Shown in pieces: positions 52,371-64,000 of a stretch of 64,000 nt of DNA. Source of the DNA: Heptranchias perlo (lineage: Eukaryota); the NCBI RefSeq assembly GCF_035084215.1, contig NC_090345.1:33480001-33544000 (forward strand), written 5' to 3'. Each line of letters opens with the position of its first letter. Position 1 is the stretch's first letter. The translations under genes and the position numbers were made by a program. The notes under the pieces were generated by a model. That model did not search any database. It was not told where the DNA came from and saw nothing but the letters and a program-made list of their open reading frames with translations.

Positions 52371-52601
52371 GGGGGTGATTTTAAACCCTAAGAACGGGTG
52401 GGTGGGAGTTGAAAAGTGTCATTTTTTTGGATCGTAACCGCAAAATGTTTGGACTTGGCATTCCCAGTGGGAAGCCTGTACTTTTATGCACCGACGTTAA
52501 ACCCGGAAATAAAGCTGGGTTGCGGTCACAACCCAAAAAACAACTATTTTCGAATCCCACCGCCACCAACCCACCCGTGTTTGGGGTTTAACATCACCCC
52601 C
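52371..52601. mobile_element. MITE with ~75-bp imperfect TIRs, related to the Harbinger end at 62724
   Basis: gggggtgattttaaaccctaagaacgggtgggt..accgcaa versus reverse complement gggggtgatgttaaaccccaaacacgggtgggt..accgcaa; flanks CAC/CGC. Confidence 0.8.
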
Positions 52602-55099
52602 CGCAAGAATGTCTGGTGTCAGAAATGGATCTTTTCTATGGTTGAGTTCAAGTCAAGTTGGGGAAGATTTTCTCTCTGCACATATTTAACAAAATCAAAA
52701 GTCCATTTATAAAGAATGGTATTTTCATGTTGTTACACACACGCACACAGAGGAAATCTGTGGGTTGGGTTAAAGGAGCTATGCTCAGCAATTGATGTAC
52801 ACAATGTCTAACCATGGGGTACTTGGGATTTTAGGTACATTGCCAGTTCACTACTTCCTGATTTACCTTGTATTGTCTTTTAATCTTTTCAACCATGATG
52901 GTGCCTGTATTATAGGCTTGGCCCTTCATTTTGGCTTCTTATATTAAAAAAAAAATGTAGAAAAGTGCTCTGTTCCCCACTACTGCCATCCCTCTCCTTG
53001 ATCAACACAAAATGTCACCAAGATGGCAGGCATTATGATTATGAACAAACAGTTGAATCCAAATAGTTAGGCATATTTGTGCTATTTTGCCTTTTGTAAG
53101 TGTCAGCTTTTTTGAATTCAAGAAAAATCAAACTGAATCCTGCATGGAACATTGACAGTTAGTTAAAGCTGTAGTATGCAATTTTCACGAAATACTTGCT
53201 TTTCAGAACCCAATTTTTTTTAAGTGGCATTGCAGACATGCAGTTATATATGTCTGACTTATATCACGTGAGTTTTCAGAAAAAAGCTTTCAGCTGCCTG
53301 TGCGTGGCTTTGATTTTAATGTTAATTGTGGAATAGCGGTGTGAATGGCGTGAGTACATTCCTCCTGTCATTGCTACCCTCACCAGGGATTTTCTTTAAT
53401 ATAGTTGTTTGGTGTCAACACAAATAAAAATATATAAAACAGAAAAGATGTGCTTTCGATCTGATGGCTGGATAACTGAGGAGAAACAGTAGGGAACTGA
53501 ATTAATTTTCCTACATTTGTATTATTTTGAAAAGTTGCTCTTACTTCATATGTGCTTTGTAGTACTGGATGATAAGGACAGGAAAGGCCTACAGGACCAC
53601 CAAGAAATGTTCTTTTACTGTAATGCTCCTTTAGGTTCAGAACTATACTCACATGCTCGGAAGAATACCGGAACTAAGTCTAAAGGAAATGTATAACTTG
53701 TGAGGAACCTCACCTCTTAACTCAAGATATTAATACCCCCTCTCATCAGTTTAAAAAAATTGGTTTATTGTATCTGAAAACTTTAACCACGTTTTGACAT
53801 TATAGAGTAAATTTTCCACCTTAGTCCTTCCGGCGTGAAACCACACTTGTTAGGATTGGATATCAGGAAATCCGATATTGGCAGCGCGATTTTCCATCCA
53901 TTAAAATGAATGGATGGAAGCGGAGAGGCTGTAAGCACATGATTCATGATATGCACTCCGGTGGGGCAGGCTCCACACTGGCAGCTCAGAAGTGGGAAAT
54001 TCATGCTCATTTCAACATTCTCTGGGAACATTTCTTACTGCAATTAGGAAAAAAACACTCAACCAGTAATATAAATTCTGTTCACATTTTAACCAGGAAG
54101 TGCTGCCTCATTCCAGTTCCCGAGTTATCTTTCTCCATGAATTTCCATTGAGCCTTGCTTGTTTCCAACTGCTTTTCAATTTAAAAAGCACTTTGACATT
54201 TGTGCCTGGAAAAAAAGCTGATCTGCATATTCGTCTTATGGAGTTAAATTCTGAATAAGTCTTCCAAATAGTGCATGATATCTCAACTAAAGAAACACAA
54301 AAGTATTTGTTTTATCTTCTTTATTGTGTCAGCAATTTTTTTAAAAATCAGCAATATTGTTCAGATTACAGCATTAAAAAAGGTTATCTCTCAGCACACT
54401 GCGACTAAAGCCTCCCTGCAAGCATTTCCCGCACACTAATGGTCTATTACTTGATGAGACAGATAGCAAGATTTGAGATAGGTTCAATGAGCCTGGCTCT
54501 TTCATCATTTACTTGACTGAACACAGGAGAAGTTATGTAACATGCTCTCAGGAGAGTTCAACAATTCAACCTCAAAAGGAAAGGAATTAAATGTGGCCTT
54601 TCTATCGAATAGTTGATAAATCTATTAACTCTCACAGCCATCATAACTGAGCTGATTTTGTACATGGGTCAACATATGGGGACTTCCAGCAGAAATCATT
54701 AAATAGCAACTCTAGCAGGCAGTGGAGGATATTCTTTCTGCCTCCCTAGCTTGGGGGCAACAAAACCAATTGTCATATTCCAACTGAGAACAGCACAGAT
54801 CAAGAATCAAACCTGATGGCTTCTTGGTCTTTATTGTTCAATGCAGCACCACACAGTGCAGTTACCTAATGAGCTGGGAGAAGGGGGCGGTAATTCTTTT
54901 GAAAACTGAAATCAATAAAATGATTTTGCATTAGATACTATTACTGTAGCATTGGCGTTTTCAAAGAACATTTGTCCTAAAGAGATTCTCTCAACATCAG
55001 CATTTGACCAAGAAAATTGAATACAAAAATGTTTGCAACATTGAATGTTTCATTAGCAAACACTTGTTAGAGAAACATTTGTTGCATCTATCTTCACAA

Positions 55100-55835
55100 A
55101 AGAAAAGGGTTTTCAATGTCACAGGAATGGAGGAAGGGGTAGAGAAATTGGATAGGATAAAAACAGATAAGGAGGAGGTACTTAAAAACATTGGCAATGC
55201 TCAAAGTAGAAAGGTCACCTGGTCCGGATGGGATGCATCCTAGGTTGCTGAGGGAAGTAAGGGTGGAAATAGCAGAGGCTCTGGCCACAACCTTCCAATC
55301 CTCCTCGGATATGGCTGTGGTGCCAGAGGACTGGAAGGCCACAAATGTTATATGCCTGTTCAAAAAGGGGAGAGGGATAAACCAAGTAACTCTCGGCCAG
55401 TCAGCCTAACGTCGATGGTGAGGAAACTTCTAGAGACCATAATCCAGGACAAAATTAATTGTCACTTGGAAGAATATGGGTTATTAAATGACAGCCAACA
55501 CAGATTTGATAAAGACAAATCATGTCTGACAAATGTGATTGAGTTCCTCAATGAAATAACAGAGAGGGTTGATGAAAGTAGTGCAGTTGATGTATATATG
55601 AACTTTCAAAAGCCATTTGATAAAGTGCCACAAATAAACTTGTTAGCAAAATTGAAGCCCATGGGATTAAAGGGGCAATGGCAGCTTGGATACAAAATTG
55701 TCTAAGAGACAGAAAGCAGAGAGTAGTGGTGAATGGTTGGTTATCAGACTGGAGGGAGGTATACAGTGGTGCTCCCCAGGGGTCGATATTAGGGCCACTG
55801 CTCTTTTTGATATATATTAATGACCTGGACTTTGA
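55100..55835 (+). mobile_element. CR1 RT N-half fragment
   Basis: [36 protein letters not shown] and [18 protein letters not shown] across frameshifts. Confidence 0.9.
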
Positions 55836-58259
55836 GAGACCGGGAAAAATTGATGCAGTTTCATTCTTCAGGAGATTAAATGAGTTGCAGAATCCACGAT
55901 AGGCTGAATTGCACATAGTCTGCAGAAGGAACTGGCTTGGTGGGCCGATTTGTGGTTTACGTTTAATTATACTGTTCTATTTAAAATCTTTTCTTTCACC
56001 ATCCTCCTTCCTTAAAACTATTATAAGAACTGTTCATATTAATTACAGTTTGGATAATTTTTGGGCACTGGAGATTGAGGTGTCAAAAATTTCTTCTGAC
56101 CCACTTTGCTTAATAGACTTATTGCCACCTTGAAACCAAGATGAGGTTACTTAACTCATCTCAAATTAGGACTAACAGTAATGCAAAGAAATTATTAATT
56201 GCAAATGGTGAATAAAAATATTGCTCTTATACTTTTAAAATTCTCAGATCACTTGATGAAAATCATACAAGACGTACTGTTAGAGTCACAAATATTAAAA
56301 CAATTGAAAAGAAATCAGGCAAAAACTAATATGTAGATTTTGAAACTTTGCTTAATTAAATGGTTGATAATTCTAGTCAATTTTATGCTATGGATTCATG
56401 CCCAATAGGAGCTGGGTTGAGGTTTTCTAGTTATTTTACTTAATACCCTTAAGCCATCAGAGGAAGAGAAACTTTGTGTGGAGAGAGAAAGAGAAAGAAA
56501 GAGAAAGAAAAAGGGAAAGAGAGAGAGAGAGAACACTGTGATTCCATCAGCCTGAACTGGATGTGGACTTGGGTCCTTGTCATAAAATGGAAAAGTTCAA
56601 TCCAACTGCATCACTCCATCTCCAATACTAGTAGAAAGATGATTAGGGTGCCTCTAAGCATTTTTATGCTGGTTACTAACTGATGGCAAGTGGCATTTAC
56701 ACACTGGGTTTTTTCAATTCAAAGCATCCAAAATGTTTGTAAGGTGGGTGCCAGATTAAGAATGTGCATTTGTGAAGACTTAGGTTCTTTAAAGTAACAG
56801 GGATAGATCTTCATCTGGGCCCAGACTGGGCACTGCAGGATTGCTCGGGCCTCATCTACATATTCGGGAAGAACTGGCTCACCTCCGCACAAAAGGAAGA
56901 ATTTAATTTTGGGCTGCCTGCCTTGCCGGCAGCGGCCTTCAGGTACGTCCTGGGGGCGGGGTGGATAGCGGGAGAGGGGCTGATTGTAGCCGGCAGTGAC
57001 CATCAGGATTGCTGTGGAGCCAGGAAGTAATTTTTACTTGACTTTTCTGTGGCAGTTGATTGCTAGGCCGCCTGGAAAACCTGAGCGGAGCCACTCAGGG
57101 CAGTTCAATTTGGCACAGGGGTCCTTCAACAGACACGAACCCCTAATTAACCTTTGCGAGCGGACTAACGCCTGTTTCAGGCAGCCATGCTTAAAAATGG
57201 GCCTAGTGAGTTTAGCACTGGGCCGAATGCCTATGCAGATTGGGCGCAGGCCGTCCCACTGCTAAATTGGTCAACGTTACGTCCATTTTACACCCAACGT
57301 ATACCAATTTCTACCCCAAAGTCTCCACTTCTAAAGTTGTATGGGGCAATCTACAGACATGCATTGAAATACAGACCCATAAATCATTCATTTTTCCTCT
57401 GCTTGTATCTACATTCCATTAATGTCACTTTATATTTAGAATTTTCAACTACTATAAAATTATTTTGGACAACAAAATGAGTTTAGCGGGGTAACAATTG
57501 CTGAGATGGATCTGTATCCCAATAGTTGTGATTTGCTACTGCAAATGGAATTAATTACCATATACTATATTTGTTATGAGTGCAAGTTAAGGCCGAACTT
57601 CTATTTTTGTCATAATCTGAGCACTTTTTCTGTTAATGACAGATGTATGAAAGAAACCAGTGAAACGTGTTCAATCTAAAATGTGAAGTATTGATAGTAA
57701 ATGCACAACAGAATATAGAAAACAACAGAATGTACAAAATACAATAATGTAGAAAAAATGATAGTTGCAGACATAGTTCCTTTGTTTGAGCCCGTATAGC
57801 TCTTCCACCATAAATTTTTATCATCTTAACTATTTGAAAGTTATACATAACCTGCTTACTTAGATTGTTATCTCAGTTACAGTATTTGGCACAGATATAC
57901 AATGTATCCTTCAAGTGCTGATATAATTTATAGAAATTGTGGACATGTATTCAAAAATAGTTTTAAAATTAATTTCCTGATTTTGGCCAAAACCATTACT
58001 TTCATAATCTGTTTCACCACAATACTGAGAAAAATAATTGGAAACAACATAGGGAACATTATTAACAGATCTGCAGTACTCTGCATAAATTGTGCGAGTT
58101 CCATAACATTTATGATGATATTTGGCATATAACCATGGGGGGAAGAAAAGAATCAAAATTTTGAGCTACATAATTGCATTTCTAGGAGAACGTGAAGCAT
58201 CTAGGAGAAAGCAATAAGTGATTCTTTAGTATGTACTTTGAGGCTTTCCACCCTCAAAA

Positions 58260-58450
58260 GGAACTTGCTCTCCCAAAAGGCTGTGGATGCTGCGTCAATT
58301 GAAATATTCAAGACTGAGATCGACAGATTTTTTATTAGGTAAGGGATATGGATTAAAGGCGTAAATGGAGTTGAGGTACAGATCAGCCATGATCTAATTG
58401 AATGGCTGGACAGGCCCGAGGGGCTGAATGGCCTACTCCTGTTCCTATGT
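58260..58450 (+). mobile_element. CR1 3' end fragment
   Basis: ctcccaaaaggctgtggatgc..attcaagactgagatcgacagatt..ggggctgaatggcctactcctgttcctatgt. Confidence 0.8.
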
Positions 58451-58725
58451 CTCAATCAGTTTCAGGATCTATTATTGTAGAACTAAGTAAATTAGATCCC
58501 TTTTCATAAAGTAGTTTCATTAGAAGTTTAAGTACTGTCATTTTTCTGCTGCTAGACATCTCTATTTACTTCACAATCCCAGTGGTGACCCAGTGTTGCA
58601 CTAGCTTTTTAAAAAATCATTGTGCTTTAAAAATGTCAAATTCTATAAGAAAATTTCCTTTTTCCTCTGGGAAATTTATATTGAGTGCATTCTACTGAAT
58701 ATGCACTTTATACTTCTGGAGCTTA

Positions 58726-58833
<108 letters not shown>

Positions 58834-60237
58834 TTAATCAATATATGATCAAATGCTACATGACATGCTGCAGCAGGCAAATAATGTCTGTTGTTAATAA
58901 ATACATGGGGAGAATGTATCTGTTAATTCCCTTTAAATTTTAGGGCCTCTATTGGCCATATGATAGAGAAATAATTGTGACCTGTTTTAGTATAAATAAT
59001 AGGAGTAATTTTACGTGTCCACACCCCCAGTCTTATCCACTGGCAGTACATCTGGAAATTCGCCTGTGCACTGCCCAAGATTTTCTGACCATTATATTTG
59101 TGTCTGAAACTCTGATATGAGAGGCCGGCTAAGAGGCTCTTTACCACCAGTGCAGACTTGTTAAAAGTACTCCTACTATGCTTATATCATTACAGCATAA
59201 AAATACCACAAAATTTATATAGCACCTTTAATGCAGCAAAATGTCCCAAGATGTTTAATAGTTTATGCAACAAAGCAAATAACCAAACAGATCACTGCGA
59301 ACAACAGGCAACATCCTATTACCAATCATGTAATGCGACAACACCCACTTGCTTATGTTATAATACTACTGGCATGAATACAGTGAAATGATTCCCGTCA
59401 ACAATCTTAATGGATTTTCTACAGTGGATGTGAAACAATGCTGAATATCAGTGAATGTAAGATTTTTCAATCTGCAGACAAAAAAAAAATCTATAATTAT
59501 AGAAAATAATTGGTACAATGTAGTTAAAGACTGTAACATAATCTGTAATTCTTGAAGCTCGGTTCCATTGGCTTTTGATATAATACATCCCATCAGTCAT
59601 GCTGCTGTCATCATACCCATTTCTATATTATAGCAGTCATCTGACCAACAGATGTATTGCATATAAAGTACAATATTATCATGATACTTCAGTTATGTAA
59701 CAGAGACTTGCTATATTTAGAGATATTGGGGAAAGTCTATTTTTGAAACAGTTTCAAAACGGAATGTTTGCAGGATAGACTCAGAGCTCAGATAAGGTTT
59801 CAGCTCCATATCTCAGTTAGAAACATGTAAGCATACTTTGTATAATAAAACTCAGAATTTTATTATTTAAGATAACTTAAAGAACAAGAGTTTAAATGCT
59901 GTGACTTTAATTTTACTTTGCTTATAAGGTCAAACTTCTTTTTTTGTTTTCATATCTATTAATAAAATTAAGACTTCGGCCTACCTTCACCAATAAATAT
60001 CCAGCATGTTCCATTTTAGGGCTAGGTTTGAGTTCTTATCCATAGTAAGGGAATTTTTAGGAGATCAGCCACTCAGGGGAATGTTTCTAGCTTTTATAAA
60101 CTGAAGGGTCTGCAATATTAACCTGCCTTTTCTCTTTACAGATGCAGTGTATTTGGAACCCTTTCTGTTTTTATTTCAGATTTGCGGACTCAATCTTTTT
60201 ATTTGTAAGGTGCAATCATACAAGGACACAGTGCTAA

Positions 60238-60402
60238 CATGGTTCAGTAATAGCACTCTTACTTGTGAGTCAGAAGGTTGTGTGTTCAAACCCCACTATG
60301 GACTTCAACATATAATCTGGGTTAATGCTTTGTGCAGTACTGAGGGAGTGCTGCATTGTTACAAGTGCAGTCTTTTGGATGAGAAGTTAAACTAAGGTGG
60401 AT
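60238..60402 (+). mobile_element. 5' fragment of the SacSINE1/DeuSINE-like SINE
   Basis: Collinear with 17810-17970 (tagcactct..gagtcagaaggttgtg.gttcaa..cccact..cagtactgagggagtgctgca). Confidence 0.7.
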
Positions 60403-60629
60403 GTGCCCTCAGCTCTGAATTGCCCTTGTCATCTTCTCTCTTTTTCCCCCTCCCCATAAAGCTGCTCCTAATATAACCCCCTCACCCGATCCCTCTGACT
60501 CACTAGCCCCAAATCATGGTGTGGTGACTCCTCCCCCCAGCTAATTCTTAACAATATAAACATGAAAATGTGTATATAATGCTTACATACACAAATCTTT
60601 TATGGTGGCAAGGCAAGTCGATCAGGGCA

Positions 60630-62680
60630 CACTGAGGACACCATCCAATGTGTTGTGTGACGCTACAACCGTAGTAAATGGGATAGATTCAGAACAGATC
60701 TAGCAGCTCAAAACTGGGCATCCATGAGGCGCTGTGGGCCATCAGCATCAGCAGAATTGTATTCCAGCATAATCTGTAACCTCATGGCCCGGCATATTCC
60801 TCACTCTACCATTACCAACAAGCCAGGGATCAAGCCTGGTTCAATGAGGAGTGTAGAAGAGCCTGCCAGGAGCAGCACCAGGCGTACCTAAGATTGAGGT
60901 GCCAACCTGGTGAAGCTACAACTCAGGACTACATGCATGCTAAACAGCAGAAGCAGCATGCTATAGACAGAGCTAAGCAATTCCACAACCAATGGATCAG
61001 ATCAAAGCTCTGCAGTCCTGCCACATCCAATCGTGAATGGTGGTGGACAATTAAACAACTAACAGATGGATGCGGCTCCGTGAACATCCCCATCCTCAAT
61101 GATGGCAGAGTTCAGCACGTAAGTGCAAAAGACAAGGCTGAAGCGTTTGCAACCATCTTCAGCCAGAAATGCCAAGTGGATGATCCATCTCGGCTTCCTC
61201 CCGATATCCCCACCATCACAGAAGCCAGTCTTCAGCCAATTTGATTCACTCCATGTGATATCAAGAATCGGCTGAGTGCACTGGATACAGCAAAGGCTAT
61301 GGGCCCCGACATCCTGGCTGTAGTGCTGAAGACTTCTGCTCCAGAACTAGCTGCGCCTCTACCCAAGATGTTCCAGTACAGCTACAACACTGGCATCTAC
61401 CCGACAATGTGAAAAATTGCCCAGGCATGTCCTGTCCACAAAAAGGACAAATCCAATCCAGCCAATTACCACCCCATCAGTCTACTCTCAATCAGCAGCA
61501 AAGTGATGGAAGGTGTCGTTGACAGTGCTATCAAGTGGCACTTACTCACCAATAACCTGCTCACCGATGCTCAGTTTGGTTCCGCCAGGACCACTCGGCT
61601 CCAGACCTCATTACAGCCTTGGTCCAAACATGGACAAAATTGCTGAATTCCAGAGGTGAGGCGACTGCCCTTGACATCAAGGCAGCATTTGACAGAGTGT
61701 GACACCAAGGAGCCCTAGTAAAATTGAAGTCAATGGGAATCAGGGGGAAAACTCTCCAGTGGCTGAAGTCATACTTAGCACAAAGGAAGATGGTAGTGGT
61801 TGTTGAAGGCCAATCATCTCAGCCCCAGGATATTGCTGCAGGAGTTCCTCAGGGCAGTGTCCTAGGCCCAAACATCTTCAGCTGCTTCATCAATGACCTT
61901 CCCACCATCATAAGGTCAGAAATGGGGATGTTCACTGATGACTGCACAGTGTTCAGTTCCATTCACAACCCCTCAGATAATGAAGCAGTCCGTGCCTGCA
62001 TGCAGCAAGACCTGGACAACATCCAGGCTTGGGCTGATAAATGGCAAATAACATTCGCGCCTGACAAGTGCCAGGCAATGACCATCTCCAACAAGAGAGA
62101 GTCTAACCACCTCCCCTTGATATTCAACGGCATTACCATCACCGAATCCCCCACCATCAACATCCTGGGGGTCACCATTGACCAGAAACTTAACTGGACC
62201 AGCCACATAAATACTGTGGATACAAGAGCAGGTCAGAGGCTGGGGATTCTGCAGCGAATGACTCACCTCCTGACTCCCCAAAGCCTTTCCACCATCTACA
62301 AGGCACAAGTCAGGAGTGTGATGGAATACTCTCCACTTGCCTGGATGAGTGCAGCTCCAACAACACTCAAGAAGCTCAACACCATCCAGGACAAAGCAGC
62401 CCACTTGATTGGCACCCCGTCCATCACCCTAAACATTCACACCCTCCACAGTGTGTACCATCTACAGGATGCACTGCAGCAACTTGCCAAGGCTTCTTCA
62501 ACAGCACCTCCCAAACCCGCGACCTCTACCACCTAGAAGGACAAGGGCAGCAGGCACATGGGAACAACACCACCTGCACGTTCCCCTCCAAGTCACACAC
62601 CATCCTGACTTGGAAATATATCACCAATGCTTCATCGTCGCAGGGTCAAAATCCTGGAACTCCCTACCTAATAGCACTGT
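60630..62680 (+). mobile_element. LINE-A copy 6: degenerate, truncated at both ends
   Basis: Collinear with 43380-45470 (reverse complement); stops, frameshifts and FADD changed to FTDD; lacks the tail. Confidence 0.95.
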
Positions 62681-62723
62681 TAATAAAGCATACGGGATCC
62701 TGGGCTTTATAACTAGAGACATA

Positions 62724-63906
62724 GGGGTAAATTTTGACCCCCAAGAACGGGTGGGTAGTAACACTCCTGTTTCCAGAGCGGGACTGCATCCTGGCTTCAA
62801 AGAGCCTATCCAGGTTTGACCCACACCCATTTGGATGCGCGCGCTTCTGACACCCGGAAGTCCCGTCGGCACTTAAAGCCAGCGGGATGATATTTAAAAG
62901 GACCAATTGAAATATTTAAAGTACTTAAAGAAGTTAACTTTTTGTGAGCCTCCTGGACCTCTCTGAGGAGCAGTGTCTACGAAGGCTCAGATTAAGTCGC
63001 CAGATGGTCGCAGACATCTGCAGGTTCCTTCATGCAGAGCTGCTCCCAGCTGGGCCTGGTGGCCATGCATTGCCCGTCGCAGTTAAAGTCACCACTGCCC
63101 TCAATTTCTTCACCCCCGGATCCTTCCAGGGTGCCACTGGTGACATCACCGGGGTCTCTCAGTCGTCTGCACATAAGTGTATGCAACAGGTCATGGATGG
63201 GTTGTTTGCCAGGGTATCAGATTAAGTCAACTTCCCCTGCGACGATTGAGAGGGCAGTGGGTTTCCACTTTCTGGCTGGCTTCCCACGGGTGCAGGGCAC
63301 AATTGATTGCACACACGTAGCAATCTGAGGACTTGCACGTGAGCCAGGACTGTTCATCAACCGAGAGGGATATCACTCCATCAACGAGCAGCTGGTTTGC
63401 GACCACCGGAGGTGGTTTCTGCAGGTGTGTGCCAGATTTCCTGGCAGCTGCTGGCAAATGATTCCTTCATTTTGCACCAGTCCAACATCCCAGCCCTCTT
63501 CCAACACACAAAACAGACTTAAGGGATGGTGCCTTGGAGATAAAGGATATCCCGTGCAGATGTGGTTCATGACACCTCTGAGAAACCCCACTATTGAGGC
63601 ACTGCAGCGGTACAATGACAGTCACATCACCACCAGGTCTGTCAGTGAACACGCTATTGGAATGCTCAAAAAGCGCTTCAGGTGCCTGTATTGATCTGGG
63701 GGATCTCTTCGGTACTCATCGGCGAGGGTGCGTTGCGTCCTGCAGACCGTCGCTCAACAGAGGGTTACAGGTGGAGGCGCTCTCGTACTTATGAAGCATT
63801 TGCATCTGCCAGCAATTTTGAAGAAGAGGAGGAGGAAGATGGGCAACCCATTGGCAGAGCAGTGGCACACCTGGCTGCTCGTGATGCCAGGGAGTCACTC
63901 ATATCC
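62724..63906 (+). mobile_element. PIF/Harbinger DNA transposon: left TIR plus disrupted HARBI1-like DDE transposase
   Basis: Terminus GGGGTAAATTTTGACCCCCAAGAACGGGTGGGT; peptides SEEQCLRRLRLSR, ALPVAVKVTTALNFF..GSFQ, AGFPRVQGTIDCTHV (D), LGDKGYP (D), TRSVSEHAIGMLKKRFRCL (E), acidic tail; several stops and frameshifts. Confidence 0.92.
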
Positions 63907-64000
63907 GGCGGAGGGGCATTGTGGGAGAGGAGCCGAGCCGAGCGGAGGGAGCGTCCGATAAAAGGCGGGATTTCAGAGCGCTGAGAGGAGCCGAGCGGAG
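63907..64000 (+). mobile_element. GC/CpG-rich start of another insertion, possibly a LINE 5' UTR, running off the window
   Basis: Abrupt switch after ARESLI to a CpG-rich repeat (gagaggagccgagc twice). Identity is not determinable from 94 bp. Confidence 0.35.

Noticed and set aside
57633-58156. Hydrophobic ORFs resembling membrane protein fragments
   Set aside because: AT-rich sequence yields I/F/L/K-rich peptides on both strands; no receptor motifs are present.
62944-63906. Domesticated host HARBI1 gene
   Set aside because: Multiple stops and frameshifts, an adjacent TIR and several paralogous remnants indicate a transposon copy.

Overview
Eukaryotic, repeat-rich intronic or intergenic DNA, most likely from a cartilaginous fish (shark). 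This is inferred from a SacSINE1/DeuSINE-type SINE and the CR1 repertoire, not from a database search. No host protein-coding exon could be identified with confidence, and nearly all long ORFs derive from transposons. Contents: (1) six copies of a young APE+RT LINE ('LINE-A', about 8.8 kb in total), including a near full-length copy (43249-46601, minus) with a tRNA-SINE-like Pol III head and no ORF1; (2) many CR1-clade LINE copies and fragments, two of them interrupted in their 3' tail by LINE-A; (3) one Tx1/L1-clade fragment; (4) a PIF/Harbinger landscape with five HARBI1-like transposase remnants, two Myb/SANT-only non-autonomous elements carrying the same captured CR1 tail, and many MITE-like elements with GGG(G)-type TIRs and 3-bp TSDs; (5) tRNA-derived SINEs, a 60-bp minisatellite, and two inverted duplications inside dead transposons, one of them a perfect 148-bp pair.
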